From the IMG/VR virus record IMGVR_UViG_3300032770_000001, positions 372,001 through 436,000 of that record: DNA of 64,000 nt. One strand, written 5' to 3'. The position numbers and the translations under genes were made by a program. Positions within the stretch are counted from its first letter, which is position 1; the number at the start of each line of letters is the position of its first letter. The notes beneath the pieces were generated by a model. That model saw nothing but the letters and a program-made list of their open reading frames with translations. It was not told the origin of the DNA and did no database searches. Below, piece after piece: positions 17,388 to 27,726 of the stretch.

Positions 17388-20300
17388 CGCCTTCCGTTTC
17401 CTTCTCCACTACGAAATCTGCAAGATCACCAATCCCAAGATCGATTGGACGTTCTTCATCCTCTTCGTCACCGTAAGCAGCACAGCCTTGCTTTTCAGCC
17501 AGAGTCCACGTGCTTGCGAGTTCCAACTGATTCACAAGTTCATCAGTGCTGGTGCCGGAATCAACCAGTTCACCATCCGCGTAAATTTCCCAGCCGTTGG
17601 GAGACGTATGGACAACCACGCGATTACCAGTTTCCGGACCCATGAACGTACCGGGATCGCCTTCATCAGACCAACCCATGCCGCTCAGGGCTTCAACATA
17701 CGGGAACTCCCCAGTTTCAGTCTGCGGAGCCGCTTTGACTGATGCCGCGAAATGAGCCGGGTTGACAGTGTCGGTTGAGGCCGAATCACTCGTCAAGTCC
17801 TTCTTGTCCGCGTCCACAGCTTTGCGTGCCTGAGCGAGGTCACCATCGATTGCTTCCGCCGTCTTAGACTTCTCGACGTTGGTTTTCGGAACCATCGGAT
17901 CAGCCCCACCTTTTTCATTGGATGGGTTATCGACCGTGTCCGCGACCTTCGCCGCTTCCGGAACCGACTTAGTTGGCTGCGAGATGTCCTTGTCAACCGT
18001 GTCCGGGCTGACCGTCTTGGACTTCGCTTCGGAGATGTCGCCGCTCACGTCGTCGGCAGTCTTCGCCTTCTCGTGGTCGGTCTTCACTTCCATTGCACCT
18101 GCCCCACCCGCTTCGTTTGCCGGATTGTCGGCGGTGTCAGCCTGCTTTGCATTGTACTGTTCGTGACGCTGCACGGTCGGGGACAAGTTATCGCCCTCGC
18201 CTGCACCGCCGTCACCGGAGTCTGACCCCTCAGAAACTTCGTTGTCAGCCACGTCCGCTGTTTTCTCGCTGCCCATCATCGGTTTGGTCATGTGATGAAG
18301 GGACAGATCACGCACGTCAGACTGGTCAATCGGCTTCTCGCCCGTGGTGTATCCGGACGGCCAACGGTTGTAATCATCGCGGCAGTCACCGTAGAAGTCA
18401 GGCGGGTGTGTCCCACCGCAGCTTCCACAATCGACCCAGTCATCCGGTGGATTTTCGGCATCAATTGGCGGCGGATTCGTCGCGCTGTAAGGCGCACCTG
18501 CCGTCTTTTCCTCGGAGGCGAAGTAGTTCATCTCTTCGTCGCCAAGCTCCGGCTCTTCATCTTCTGCGTAGGTGAACACGCCAGACGCCATAGCGTCTTC
18601 AGCGCAACCGTCGCAGAACGCGGTTCCAGTCACGTCATCCATGTCAACACGACGGAGAATACAGCTTGCTGGAACAAGGCACTGTGCTACGCCTTCGTGC
18701 TGTGGGCAGCCGGGATCGGTGCATTCACAGTCGCCTTCGACTTGGTAAAACCCGTCCGGAGCAGCCGTCTTTTCCTCGGATGCCATCAGGGTATCCATCT
18801 CATCGAGTGAGGATTCGATATCGAAATCGTTCTCACGCGGGTCGCGGTGAGTGTAGACCTCAGCCGTCAACGGGCTGTCAGCCGGAGTCCACGATGTGCG
18901 GCACTTACCGCATTCCCATTCGAAGCTGGATGCAGCACCGATGTGGTAAATGCGATCTTCTTCGGGCAGATCGGTACCGAACGGTTCAGAGCAATTGTCG
19001 CAGTAGTTCACGTCGTCCCACGAATAGGCGGACACGGCACCGCACTTCGGACACTCTTCAGCCGAACCGTCAGCCAGCAGCGATTCCTTAAGGCCCTGAG
19101 CATCAACTTCATAACCTTCGGAATCGACCGCAGCTTGCTTAGATTCAGCGTCGTCACTCTTCTCTTCGGAGCCGGACTCTTCCTTTTTCTCGGACTTGCC
19201 CTTCTCGCGATTCTTCGACCATTCGGACTTGGCACCACCGCCGCCCTTGTCTTCGTCTTCCTTGGTCTTCTCATTTTCGAAGTCAGATTCCTGATTCCCA
19301 GCTTCCGAGTCAGAGACCGACTTGTCGTCTTCCGGGGTATCGGATTCCCACGGCTTCTCCCACTCAGGCTTTTCGCTGCCTTCGGGAGCATCTTCACCGG
19401 GGAGAGGAACAACCGGAGCCGGACCGAACTCTTCCATGTTGTCGAAGATGTCGTCCTCGGTCATCGGGATGTCGGCGAACTTGGCACGCTGAGAGCCGTA
19501 CTTGCGCTGCATCTCTTCTTCGCGCTTCTGTGCCGCCGTCTTGGATTTCTGCGAACGCGCATCGTAAGACTCGCGGGTTGGGCCGCCAGCAATCAAACCC
19601 GCGACGATTTCAGACGCCGCGCTTTTCTTGATCGAAGCGAACTTGCCGCCCTGCTTGTTGTAGTGCTCGTATTCGGAGTGGATCAGGTTGTCGTCGCCGA
19701 CATACAGATCATCCTCACCGAACGACTTGGCGACTTCAGTGAGCTTGTCACCCAAACCGCCCCCATCCAACGCCTGACGATCCCAGAATCCTGCACCGTG
19801 ACCGTTGCGGGTCAGCCAGAAATCGTGTCCAGCTTGCTCTTCTGACGACCACTCACCGTGTCCGTCGTAGCCGGGACGCTGGTAAGCCTCGTTGAGCAGG
19901 GCTTCAGCTTTCTGTTGGAACGCCTGACAATCCTGAGACATCTTGTTGAGCGTCTCTGGAGCGATGTCGCGGATATCGTAATTGCGATCCAAAGGCTCAC
20001 CGCCACTCGGATCGGAGTTGTCATTCGAAGACCACAGGGCGGCTGTAACATAAGCCGTCGTGAAGTCATCAAGCTGCTGAGCAAGCTTCTTCATAGAGCC
20101 AGCCCACCATGCTGCTTTCTTCGACTTCTGTTTCTTGAGCGAAGATGACATCGACATCGGATTCGGCCCCCACTTGCCAGCGTCGATCTCAGCCTGATGA
20201 TCGAACGTTGCGTGATGTGCCTGATTGTCCTGACTCATGCTGGCAGCGTATTCCATCATGTGGTCTTTGTGTTTTTCGAGACCCTTCTTGTCGCCAACAC

Positions 20301-21813
20301 GGGCAGCTTCCCAAGCGGCACTTGCGGATGCGCTCAGGCTGTCTGTTTCTTGAGCGTGTAGACGCCCAACGTCTGCCTTCGGAGTAAACTCCATGCGCTT
20401 TGCTTGCTTGCGCTCTTCTTCCGGACGGCGAGGAACACCAGTCTCATCCAGAGCGATACCAATCGGTGCGCTCGTGAGTTCGACCACAGGCATGTCTTTT
20501 TCGGATGTGTAGCCTTCCTTCTCCTGATTGCCCTTTTCGGCGGCTTCGGTGCCCGGCCCAACGTTTGTGAACGGGGTCTCGTGCACTGCGGCACCGCTCT
20601 TGTTCTTCTCGCGAATCTTGGCGAAGTCGATACGCATACCAGTACCCTCGCACTGAGGGCAGTTGTCGCGCTGGACACCGGGCTTGCAAGAACAAGGCTG
20701 TCCGGTCTTCGGCTGGTATTCAGCCGTTGTAGGCATCGGCTTCACTGGGGTGCCCGGACGCGGGACGGAAGTCACCGCCTGCGGACGTGAAGATGGATCG
20801 GCGAACAGACTCATGTCCTTTGGATTGCCGGAGATTTCGTCGGTTTTATCAGCCGGACCAGCCTTCTTGACAACGTAACCCTTGTCATCGCAATAGCGGC
20901 AGCCGTCGCCCTCACACTTCGGGCACTCTTCCTGAGCCGTCTTCTGCTCGGAGGAGATACGTGGAACCTGCACGTTCTTGGTTGGAGCCTTGCCTTCCGA
21001 CGCATCCTCAACGCCCTCAGTTTCCGGCAACATGGAGTTGCGGAGTGCCTGATCGAGCGACTCGAATACGTTCATTTCCTGAGGATCGAGTTCCTGTTTG
21101 GTGACCTCGTCGGCAGTCTTGCGGGTCAGCAGAATGGTCTTCTTGAGCGAACTTTGCTTGGTCAACAGCGGGTATTCCTTCAGCGGATTCTCAGCAATCG
21201 CCGGGAAGTTCAGCTTCGGAGTGATGTTGTCCACGCTCCACTGAGTCGTATCCACATCGGTCATGATGGCGTCGAACGCCGAAGAGAGACGCGGATCGAA
21301 ATATGCGGAGAAGATCAGGTGACGAACCAAATTGGCGAGTTGGTTGTCGTCCTTGGTAAAGTGGAAGCCGATGTACTCACGCTGGTTAACCCAGTGTGGG
21401 GCGAAGATGATGAGGGCGGCGAATTTGCCGTCGCCGACACCGAACAACTCTTCCTTGATGGAATCGTAATCTGCCTGCGAATACTCGTCGAACTCGCTAT
21501 CGCCGATCTTGTGCGAGATCAGGTCGGACATTTCCTCACCGCCGTAGGTACGCACGAGGCAACCGTAAAGCAGAGAGGTCGGGAATTCAGCACCGCTCTT
21601 GCCCGTTACAGACGGAGGAATGACGTAGATGCGACCGATGGAAATGTTCTGACGGAAGCCCTTGTAGAAGGCTTCGAAGGACTGAATCGTGCCCGAATTG
21701 CGAGCTTCCTTTTCGCCAGCCTTAATTGCCTCGACAACTTTGGCGAGGAGTCCATCGTTCACCATGTAGCCTTGGAACGACTTCAATGCGATGCTGTTTC
21801 CACTGACGCCCAT
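17377..21813 (-). CDS. Large acidic multi-module protein (putative internal head polyprotein)
   Basis: Repeated (S)E(E)KTA junctions; Zn-finger modules; AGHDFWLTRNGHGAGFWDR module. Confidence 0.7.
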   Translation of the reverse strand: MGVSGNSIALKSFQGYMVNDGLLAKVVEAIKAGEKEARNSGTIQSFEAFYKGFRQNISIGRIYVIPPSVTGKSGAEFPTSLLYGCLVRTYGGEEMSDLISHKIGDSEFDEYSQADYDSIKEELFGVGDGKFAALIIFAPHWVNQREYIGFHFTKDDNQLANLVRHLIFSAYFDPRLSSAFDAIMTDVDTTQWSVDNITPKLNFPAIAENPLKEYPLLTKQSSLKKTILLTRKTADEVTKQELDPQEMNVFESLDQALRNSMLPETEGVEDASEGKAPTKNVQVPRISSEQKTAQEECPKCEGDGCRYCDDKGYVVKKAGPADKTDEISGNPKDMSLFADPSSRPQAVTSVPRPGTPVKPMPTTAEYQPKTGQPCSCKPGVQRDNCPQCEGTGMRIDFAKIREKNKSGAAVHETPFTNVGPGTEAAEKGNQEKEGYTSEKDMPVVELTSAPIGIALDETGVPRRPEEERKQAKRMEFTPKADVGRLHAQETDSLSASASAAWEAARVGDKKGLEKHKDHMMEYAASMSQDNQAHHATFDHQAEIDAGKWGPNPMSMSSSLKKQKSKKAAWWAGSMKKLAQQLDDFTTAYVTAALWSSNDNSDPSGGEPLDRNYDIRDIAPETLNKMSQDCQAFQQKAEALLNEAYQRPGYDGHGEWSSEEQAGHDFWLTRNGHGAGFWDRQALDGGGLGDKLTEVAKSFGEDDLYVGDDNLIHSEYEHYNKQGGKFASIKKSAASEIVAGLIAGGPTRESYDARSQKSKTAAQKREEEMQRKYGSQRAKFADIPMTEDDIFDNMEEFGPAPVVPLPGEDAPEGSEKPEWEKPWESDTPEDDKSVSDSEAGNQESDFENEKTKEDEDKGGGGAKSEWSKNREKGKSEKKEESGSEEKSDDAESKQAAVDSEGYEVDAQGLKESLLADGSAEECPKCGAVSAYSWDDVNYCDNCSEPFGTDLPEEDRIYHIGAASSFEWECGKCRTSWTPADSPLTAEVYTHRDPRENDFDIESSLDEMDTLMASEEKTAAPDGFYQVEGDCECTDPGCPQHEGVAQCLVPASCILRRVDMDDVTGTAFCDGCAEDAMASGVFTYAEDEEPELGDEEMNYFASEEKTAGAPYSATNPPPIDAENPPDDWVDCGSCGGTHPPDFYGDCRDDYNRWPSGYTTGEKPIDQSDVRDLSLHHMTKPMMGSEKTADVADNEVSEGSDSGDGGAGEGDNLSPTVQRHEQYNAKQADTADNPANEAGGAGAMEVKTDHEKAKTADDVSGDISEAKSKTVSPDTVDKDISQPTKSVPEAAKVADTVDNPSNEKGGADPMVPKTNVEKSKTAEAIDGDLAQARKAVDADKKDLTSDSASTDTVNPAHFAASVKAAPQTETGEFPYVEALSGMGWSDEGDPGTFMGPETGNRVVVHTSPNGWEIYADGELVDSGTSTDELVNQLELASTWTLAEKQGCAAYGDEEDEERPIDLGIGDLADFVVEKETEGDAN

Positions 21814-21824
21814 GTCTATTCCCC

Positions 21825-22475
21825 TTACTTAGTCTGTGCGATATCACGCCGCACTTGATCTTCTTCAGTCTTCCAGAGTTCACGCCACGCCATCAAGAAG
21901 TTGCTGATGGTGTGGTCACTGACCTGAACCGAGTGCAGAGCACGTTTGTTCATTTCAATGATGTAGTGCATGAGCTTCGCGAATTTCACGCCTTCAAAGT
22001 TGATGTTGTCAACTTTGGCATCGTTCGCTTCGAGAAGCTGCTTACCTAACTCGCGTGCGCCCTTGAGTTGTTCCAAGGACGTTTTCATTCCCTCTTTGTC
22101 GTTAGAGCCGGATACCTTCAGTTCCTCAATGTAGCGGAGCAATGAAGCCATCTCCAGTGCAATCGTTTTGGAAATCTCTTCGTTGGTTGCGGACGGATCG
22201 GCAATCAACTTCTCGATCTCCTGAATTTTCGACACACGTGTCGGCTTTTTCTTGTCTGCCTCGCTCTGACCTTCGACCGCAGCATCGGCAGCCTTTAGCA
22301 GCCCTGCGGCATCGACCTTCGCCGGGGCCGGGGTTTCCGGTGCTACCGGGAGGTTGCCTACCGCTGTGCTCGCTAAACGTTCAGCGACGGTTGTAGTTTC
22401 GGTTGCTGTTGATGTCACTTCTGCACCCTCTTCCTTAAAATCAACGCTCATACGTTGGGATGTTGACTCGTGCAT
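21825..22475 (-). CDS. Hypothetical helical protein
   Basis: TAATG-coupled to the upstream gene. Confidence 0.7.
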   Translation of the reverse strand: MHESTSQRMSVDFKEEGAEVTSTATETTTVAERLASTAVGNLPVAPETPAPAKVDAAGLLKAADAAVEGQSEADKKKPTRVSKIQEIEKLIADPSATNEEISKTIALEMASLLRYIEELKVSGSNDKEGMKTSLEQLKGARELGKQLLEANDAKVDNINFEGVKFAKLMHYIIEMNKRALHSVQVSDHTISNFLMAWRELWKTEEDQVRRDIAQTK

Positions 22476-24421
22476 TAAAAGTCTCCCAACTTCGATGAGT
22501 TCGGCATCTGCACATCGCCGAAATCACCGCTGTATTCGATGTCCGCCATCTTGGTGTCGCCCGGACGACCGCTGCTCGCAGTCAGTTCGAACTCAGCGAG
22601 AATTGAACGTCCATCTTCCGGCACCGATCCGGTCTTGTGACCTTCAGATACCGTAGCGACCTTCTTGGTGCTGCCCTGCTTGTCCATACCGGGGAACGTT
22701 AACAACGTCCCACCAGTCAGACCGCAATGCATACCCTGACGGTACACGCATGTGCCGCACTTCGCAGCGCCCACAATCGGGTTGTGCACGGCGAGCTTGT
22801 TCTTGAGGAACGTGCAATCAATCTGCGACAACGCAACCTTGATCGGCTTATTCTTCAGGCTGGCAATGAAATCCTTCACTGCCTTGCTCGCCTTGGCAGA
22901 CCCGACTTTGGCTGCCGCTGACTTGTAAATCTTCTCCAGTGAGTGACCCTTCTTGTGGTAGTGCTCGATCACGCTGGCATCGATTTCCGGACTTGCAGCC
23001 AGACGCTCACGGCGCAACTGATCCGGGTTGGACTCGACGTAGTTCTGTGGAACGCGAGACAACGGGCTGGCTTTCATTGATTTCTCAAAGCCAGCAGTTT
23101 TCTCGATCTTCTTGCAGCACGCACATTTGGCAGCCCCAACCAGATTCATGGCGTGAACGCCACGCTCTTTCAGGAACTTCACATCGGCGGCAGCGAGAAC
23201 AACCTGCCCGTTCACATTCGGACGCAGAGTCGCGACAAAACCAGACAACGCTTTGGCTGCCGGGTAGGTGCCGAACTTCTTCTCAGCGGCGGCTGTGATC
23301 GCTTTCAAGCTGTGACCCTTCTGGTGCAACTTCGCAACATGCGAAGAGTCCCACGAAAGCGGAGCCACGCGGTTAGCACGCTTCGCCTGCGCATCGACGT
23401 GACCGACGACTGGAGCCGAAATGCCGGATGACGCCGTCTTCGGGCTCTTCGGCATAACCGGAGATTTGGTGCCATCGTTTCCATTGGCGATGTTCACCAA
23501 AGCAGCACGCTTCATCTTTTCCGGCACACCCGCCGTCAGCTTGTTGACAATCGGAGTCAGTTCCTTGGTGTTTGCCACGATGGGAAGCTTGTACAGACCG
23601 CAAGTCTTCTGGGAACCGTTCTTCTGGAAGAACTGGCAACCCTGACATGCACTGATTTGCTTCACCGACGCCGCCTTCGGCTTAATGCCTGCGGCTTTCC
23701 ACTGCTTTGCTTGGCGCAGGCAGTCGTTCGAATCCGAACCCTGCTTCTTGCGCTCATAGGTCGGCGAATTCTTGTCCATGTAAGTATTGGGCTCAAGATA
23801 CGCCATACCGAGCAGTCCCGCGTTGTCCTGCAAGTAGCGGGTGCCGATCTGGTGATTCATCAATTCCAATTCAGCCAGCTTGCGAGCGATCTTCGCCGGG
23901 GACACACCCTGATTGAGCAGATCGTGAATGTATTTCTTGACTTCGGCATCCGAGATGGCTTTCTTCTCGGCGCTGTTCTCAGCAAGATTGTTGTCCTTGC
24001 CAGCCTGTTCGAGACTCTGAGTCACTTCGGCGAACAGAGATTCGTCATCACCAAAACTGTTCTTGTAGTCCTGAGGGCTGCTGGCTTCGTGGTTGCGCCA
24101 GTTCTCAGCCGAGCCGCCGACGCCGGAGAATGCCTGATCCTTGTGCGCCATGCGATCAAGATGTGTCGAGCGGGCCTCAGCGAGGCGCTGCTTCTTCAAA
24201 TCATTGAGGTTCGAGCTTTTGCCAGTCGGCCAGACCGGAGTGTGGCGGGAGGCGGACTCGGCGATGTCGTCCGTAAAATCCTCGTCCACGTACTGGTGCG
24301 TGCGGTCAAGCTGCTCTTCGCCAGATTCCTTAGCTTCGTCGAGACCGAGGTCCTTCCAAGCGGGTTCGCGATCTTCCAAAAGCTGGTCGATGAGCGGGGT
24401 GTACTTTTCTTTATCTGCCAT
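22475..24421 (-). CDS. Putative head-associated protein with internal repeats and Cys clusters
   Basis: Repeat KLHQKGHSLKAI / HYHKKGHSLEKI; VGAAKC twice; K-x-A motifs. Confidence 0.65.
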   Translation of the reverse strand: MADKEKYTPLIDQLLEDREPAWKDLGLDEAKESGEEQLDRTHQYVDEDFTDDIAESASRHTPVWPTGKSSNLNDLKKQRLAEARSTHLDRMAHKDQAFSGVGGSAENWRNHEASSPQDYKNSFGDDESLFAEVTQSLEQAGKDNNLAENSAEKKAISDAEVKKYIHDLLNQGVSPAKIARKLAELELMNHQIGTRYLQDNAGLLGMAYLEPNTYMDKNSPTYERKKQGSDSNDCLRQAKQWKAAGIKPKAASVKQISACQGCQFFQKNGSQKTCGLYKLPIVANTKELTPIVNKLTAGVPEKMKRAALVNIANGNDGTKSPVMPKSPKTASSGISAPVVGHVDAQAKRANRVAPLSWDSSHVAKLHQKGHSLKAITAAAEKKFGTYPAAKALSGFVATLRPNVNGQVVLAAADVKFLKERGVHAMNLVGAAKCACCKKIEKTAGFEKSMKASPLSRVPQNYVESNPDQLRRERLAASPEIDASVIEHYHKKGHSLEKIYKSAAAKVGSAKASKAVKDFIASLKNKPIKVALSQIDCTFLKNKLAVHNPIVGAAKCGTCVYRQGMHCGLTGGTLLTFPGMDKQGSTKKVATVSEGHKTGSVPEDGRSILAEFELTASSGRPGDTKMADIEYSGDFGDVQMPNSSKLGDF

Positions 24422-24432
24422 GGTCTCCTACC

Positions 24433-24756
24433 TTAAAACTCGATGTCGTCCATCACGCTGGACATAAAGCCAGTCGGGTTGCGACGGGGTGCCGCCACAA
24501 TGGACTCGCCGTTGTCAACCTCGTCAGCGCCAACGAGTTTGATGATCTTGTTGCCCTTCACCTGCCAGAAGTCGCGGGTGCTGGGACACTCGTAAATGTT
24601 GCCTGCCACGCGCTCTAAGCCGAGGGAGGCGATCTTCTGCTTGACCTCCGGATCGAGGGGAACGCTGGAAATAAAAGTGTTCAATGTGAATCTGCCGGAG
24701 ACCTTTTCTTTGGATTGCCCCAGCCCAAACGATGCTACGTGACGAAGTTTGCCCAT
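24433..24756 (-). CDS. Hypothetical protein (first gene of head-associated operon)
   Basis: GAGG RBS; divergent promoter region upstream. Confidence 0.65.
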   Translation of the reverse strand: MGKLRHVASFGLGQSKEKVSGRFTLNTFISSVPLDPEVKQKIASLGLERVAGNIYECPSTRDFWQVKGNKIIKLVGADEVDNGESIVAAPRRNPTGFMSSVMDDIEF

Positions 24757-24858
24757 GTCGCTGACCTCTGATTAGAAGTTCGATAGTTGATTTTCGGGTA
24801 AATTTCCCCAAAACCGAAATCTCGCGACTTCGGAGTTCCTTAATAGCGAGGCTTTCTC

Positions 24859-25644
24859 ATGCAGATTAAGAACATCAAAATCTTCGACTCCACCAACGCC
24901 GCCGATGGTTCGTGGATCGATATCAGCAATTGCGTAGCACTCTCGGTCGGTCTTTCCGGCGTCGAAAGCAAAACGTGGATCGAGGTCTCGAACGACCCGA
25001 ATATCATGATCGACGGCACTTCTGTCGTCAGTCCGCCTGCGACTCCCGTCCTGAGCCAAGCCCCCGCGCCGAACGGCGGCGGATTGACATCGCAAGGCAC
25101 CTACTTCGTGAAGCTGACCTATATCACCAAGTACGGGCAGACTCTACCTTCTTCGGAAGCAAGCCTCGCAGTCAGCGACGGCAACGTTCTGAGCATCGCG
25201 GCTCCCGGTCCTGATCCAGCAGGTCTGGCAATCGGCTATTTGATCTATGCCAGCAAGACCACTGGCACCGAAAGACTTCAGAACGGTCCGCAATTCGTGA
25301 ATTCAATTACGGTCGATTCCACACCCGGCTACCACTACACTTCCAATACCGCGTTGCCTGTCAATCAGCCTGCGGCTTTGCCGTATCTGTTCAGCACGAG
25401 CGGTCCGACCGTTCCGGTCTCGAACACGTCCGGCGGACCGGGCATCGGCATCAACATCACCGGAGACTTGGGGACGTTTACGCCCCCGTCCGGGCTTGAT
25501 GAGATTGCGATTTTCTATGACAACGTCAACAAATTGGCGATGGTCAATCCATCATGTCTGTGCTGGAAGTTCCTGCGCGTGCGCAAGGACAATACTGCGC
25601 AGACGCTTGAAACCATTGCGTGGTTGATGGGTCAGAACGGATAA
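24859..25644 (+). CDS. Putative virion structural protein
   Basis: Beta-rich; GGLTSQGTYFVKLTY...IGYLIY FN3-like motif. Confidence 0.55.
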   Translation: MQIKNIKIFDSTNAADGSWIDISNCVALSVGLSGVESKTWIEVSNDPNIMIDGTSVVSPPATPVLSQAPAPNGGGLTSQGTYFVKLTYITKYGQTLPSSEASLAVSDGNVLSIAAPGPDPAGLAIGYLIYASKTTGTERLQNGPQFVNSITVDSTPGYHYTSNTALPVNQPAALPYLFSTSGPTVPVSNTSGGPGIGINITGDLGTFTPPSGLDEIAIFYDNVNKLAMVNPSCLCWKFLRVRKDNTAQTLETIAWLMGQNG

Positions 25645-25718
25645 AGCTTCCCCGCCTTCGATCAAGAGGGGCTCGTGCTCCTCTGAGGCACATACTAGCC
25701 TCTTTACGGGGGTTGCGG

Positions 25719-26162
25719 CTAGGCGGGGTTAACAGTCGCAGCCTCAACCTTCGGTGCCAAGTAGATCGAGGCACGAAGCAGGGTCTTTGAATCCTGAAAG
25801 ACCTGAAGACCCTTCTGGCAGTCCGAGCAAATCAACCCATGGACGTGACCATCGCGGTAATCGACCACCGTCTTGCGGTTGTAGAGCACCAACGGGCGTT
25901 CGCAGATCGGGCATTGCTGATTCTGAGTACGCCACATGTTGAGATACTCTCCCGGCTGCATGTTGAACTGAGCGAGAAGGTAGGCGTCCTGAACCTTGAC
26001 CTTCGTCCAGAAGGTGCCGCAATAGGCATTGTGGCAGGTTTTGCAGTAGTGGGACTTGCCGGAGGCGGTGCGTTTGTTCTCACCGAAGGCACCTAAAGGC
26101 AACCATTTCTTGCACTTGTTGCACCACTTCTCTTTTTCGTTGAACAGCCGTTTACGTCCCAT
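25719..26162 (-). CDS. Endonuclease VII-like protein (degenerate active site)
   Basis: KWCNKCK..YCKTC N-terminus; QNQQCPIC...VDY..GHVHGLICSDCQKGL (DH replaced by DY, CN by CQ). Confidence 0.7.
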   Translation of the reverse strand: MGRKRLFNEKEKWCNKCKKWLPLGAFGENKRTASGKSHYCKTCHNAYCGTFWTKVKVQDAYLLAQFNMQPGEYLNMWRTQNQQCPICERPLVLYNRKTVVDYRDGHVHGLICSDCQKGLQVFQDSKTLLRASIYLAPKVEAATVNPA

Positions 26163-26265
26163 GCAATCCTCCTATTTCCTCTCTAAAAATAGGGATTTGA
26201 TAGTCGGCGAATTCGCCCAATATCAAACCGTAGTTAGAGGAAACTTTCCTTAGAGGCACACATCA

Positions 26266-27597
26266 ATGGCAACTCCAACACTGGTTTCAGCGGGTTACGG
26301 CAACCCGGTAGTCTACGGTGGGCACATTCAGAACGCTTGGTCAAACAACCAAGGCGACAACATTGTGGTCAGCCCGACCGCTGGCAACACGCTTGTCGTG
26401 TTCGTCTTCGGTTTCCGCACCTACGATCCGTTCAACTTGTTCCACAACACAACTCCGGTTGTCCCGACTGGCTGGTCCGTCGGTATCAACGACATGACTC
26501 TGACCCCGACGATCACGGACAACTCCGGTGACTCTGTTGCCGTCACGTCCGTCACTGAGACCACAACGGCACTGACCCTGACTGATGTCAACACGGCGGT
26601 GGGTGGTTCGGCAGTCTACGATGGCACCATCACTGGTGGTGCTGCGAACGCTCTGGCTGGCTACAAGTTCCAAGTAGCAGGCTTTACGACCGCAGCCAAC
26701 AACGGCACATTCCTTTGCACGGCGTCTACCGCGACGAGCTTGACTCTGTCGAACGCAGCCGCAGTTGCCGAGACGCACGCCGCAACCGCGACGTACTCGT
26801 CTGTGGCACTGACGACCGCGAGCAACAACTTCGGCGTCGGCGACGTAGTCGTTCTGGCTGGCTTTACCACGCAGACGTGGTTGAACGGTCAGTCGCAGGC
26901 TGTTGTGTCTTCCGGCTCGACCTTCAAGGTCAATGACAGCACGTTCCACGCAACCTCCGGTCCGACTGCACAGGCAGCCGCAACCGCAGCCCGTAACTCC
27001 GGCAACGACTGGGTCACGGTCACTGGCAAGGTTCAGAACGGCGACGTGGATTACACCCCGTCCGGTGTGACCGACTTTACCGTCTCGTCCAAGTGGGACT
27101 TGAACGGCAAGTACCCGTCCGTTATCGCCTACTACGCGACAAACGTTTCGGGCGGCACCTACAACCTGAACGTCAACTCCTGCTATCAGGATGGCACGAT
27201 CCGCCCCGGCGATCTCGCGGCTGGCAAGCCGTACTTCGATGGCGGCGTGGACATCCACGTTCTGGAATTCTCCGGTCTGTTGACTTCCGGCATCGGCGAT
27301 CAGTCCGCAGGTGCAATGACGGCGTCCAACCCGGCGACGGTTTCTTACACCACGGCGGCGAGCGGCGACCTGATCCTCACGGGCGGTCTCATGAAGAACG
27401 GCAACGCCTTCTCGACCTATGCTCCAGTTGGCACCACGGGCACTTTGATGCTCGCGACTGGCAAGGGCGTAAGCTCGCAGGCTCACTGGGGCATCCAGAT
27501 GCAGCTTCAGACTGCGAACGGCGCAATCACCCCCGGCTTTACGAACCCACTGGGTTACGAAATGGCCGTGGTTTCACTCGCACTCAAGCACGCTTAA
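26266..27597 (+). CDS. Virion structural protein (T/A/G/S-rich, beta-barrel repeats)
   Basis: Strongly biased codon usage; NNFGVGDVVVLAGFTTQTWLNGQ domain; own terminator. Confidence 0.65.
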   Translation: MATPTLVSAGYGNPVVYGGHIQNAWSNNQGDNIVVSPTAGNTLVVFVFGFRTYDPFNLFHNTTPVVPTGWSVGINDMTLTPTITDNSGDSVAVTSVTETTTALTLTDVNTAVGGSAVYDGTITGGAANALAGYKFQVAGFTTAANNGTFLCTASTATSLTLSNAAAVAETHAATATYSSVALTTASNNFGVGDVVVLAGFTTQTWLNGQSQAVVSSGSTFKVNDSTFHATSGPTAQAAATAARNSGNDWVTVTGKVQNGDVDYTPSGVTDFTVSSKWDLNGKYPSVIAYYATNVSGGTYNLNVNSCYQDGTIRPGDLAAGKPYFDGGVDIHVLEFSGLLTSGIGDQSAGAMTASNPATVSYTTAASGDLILTGGLMKNGNAFSTYAPVGTTGTLMLATGKGVSSQAHWGIQMQLQTANGAITPGFTNPLGYEMAVVSLALKHA

Positions 27598-27616
27598 TCC
27601 TTCACGGATTAGCGCG

Positions 27617-27648
27617 AGGGGCGGCTGATTTGCCGCCCCTTCTTTTTT
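27617..27648 (+). terminator. Rho-independent terminator
   Basis: AGGGGCGGC/GCCGCCCCT stem followed by TCTTTTTT. Confidence 0.85.
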
Positions 27649-27726
27649 CCCATAAAAATGGTCGAAAACCTCTCTTGGAAGTCGAAAAAAGTTCGTATTA
27701 TATCATAGAGGTCGAATTTTAGTCAA

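Noticed and set aside
21825-22475. Terminase small subunit
   Set aside because: Size and helical character fit, but there is no diagnostic motif and it is not adjacent to terL.
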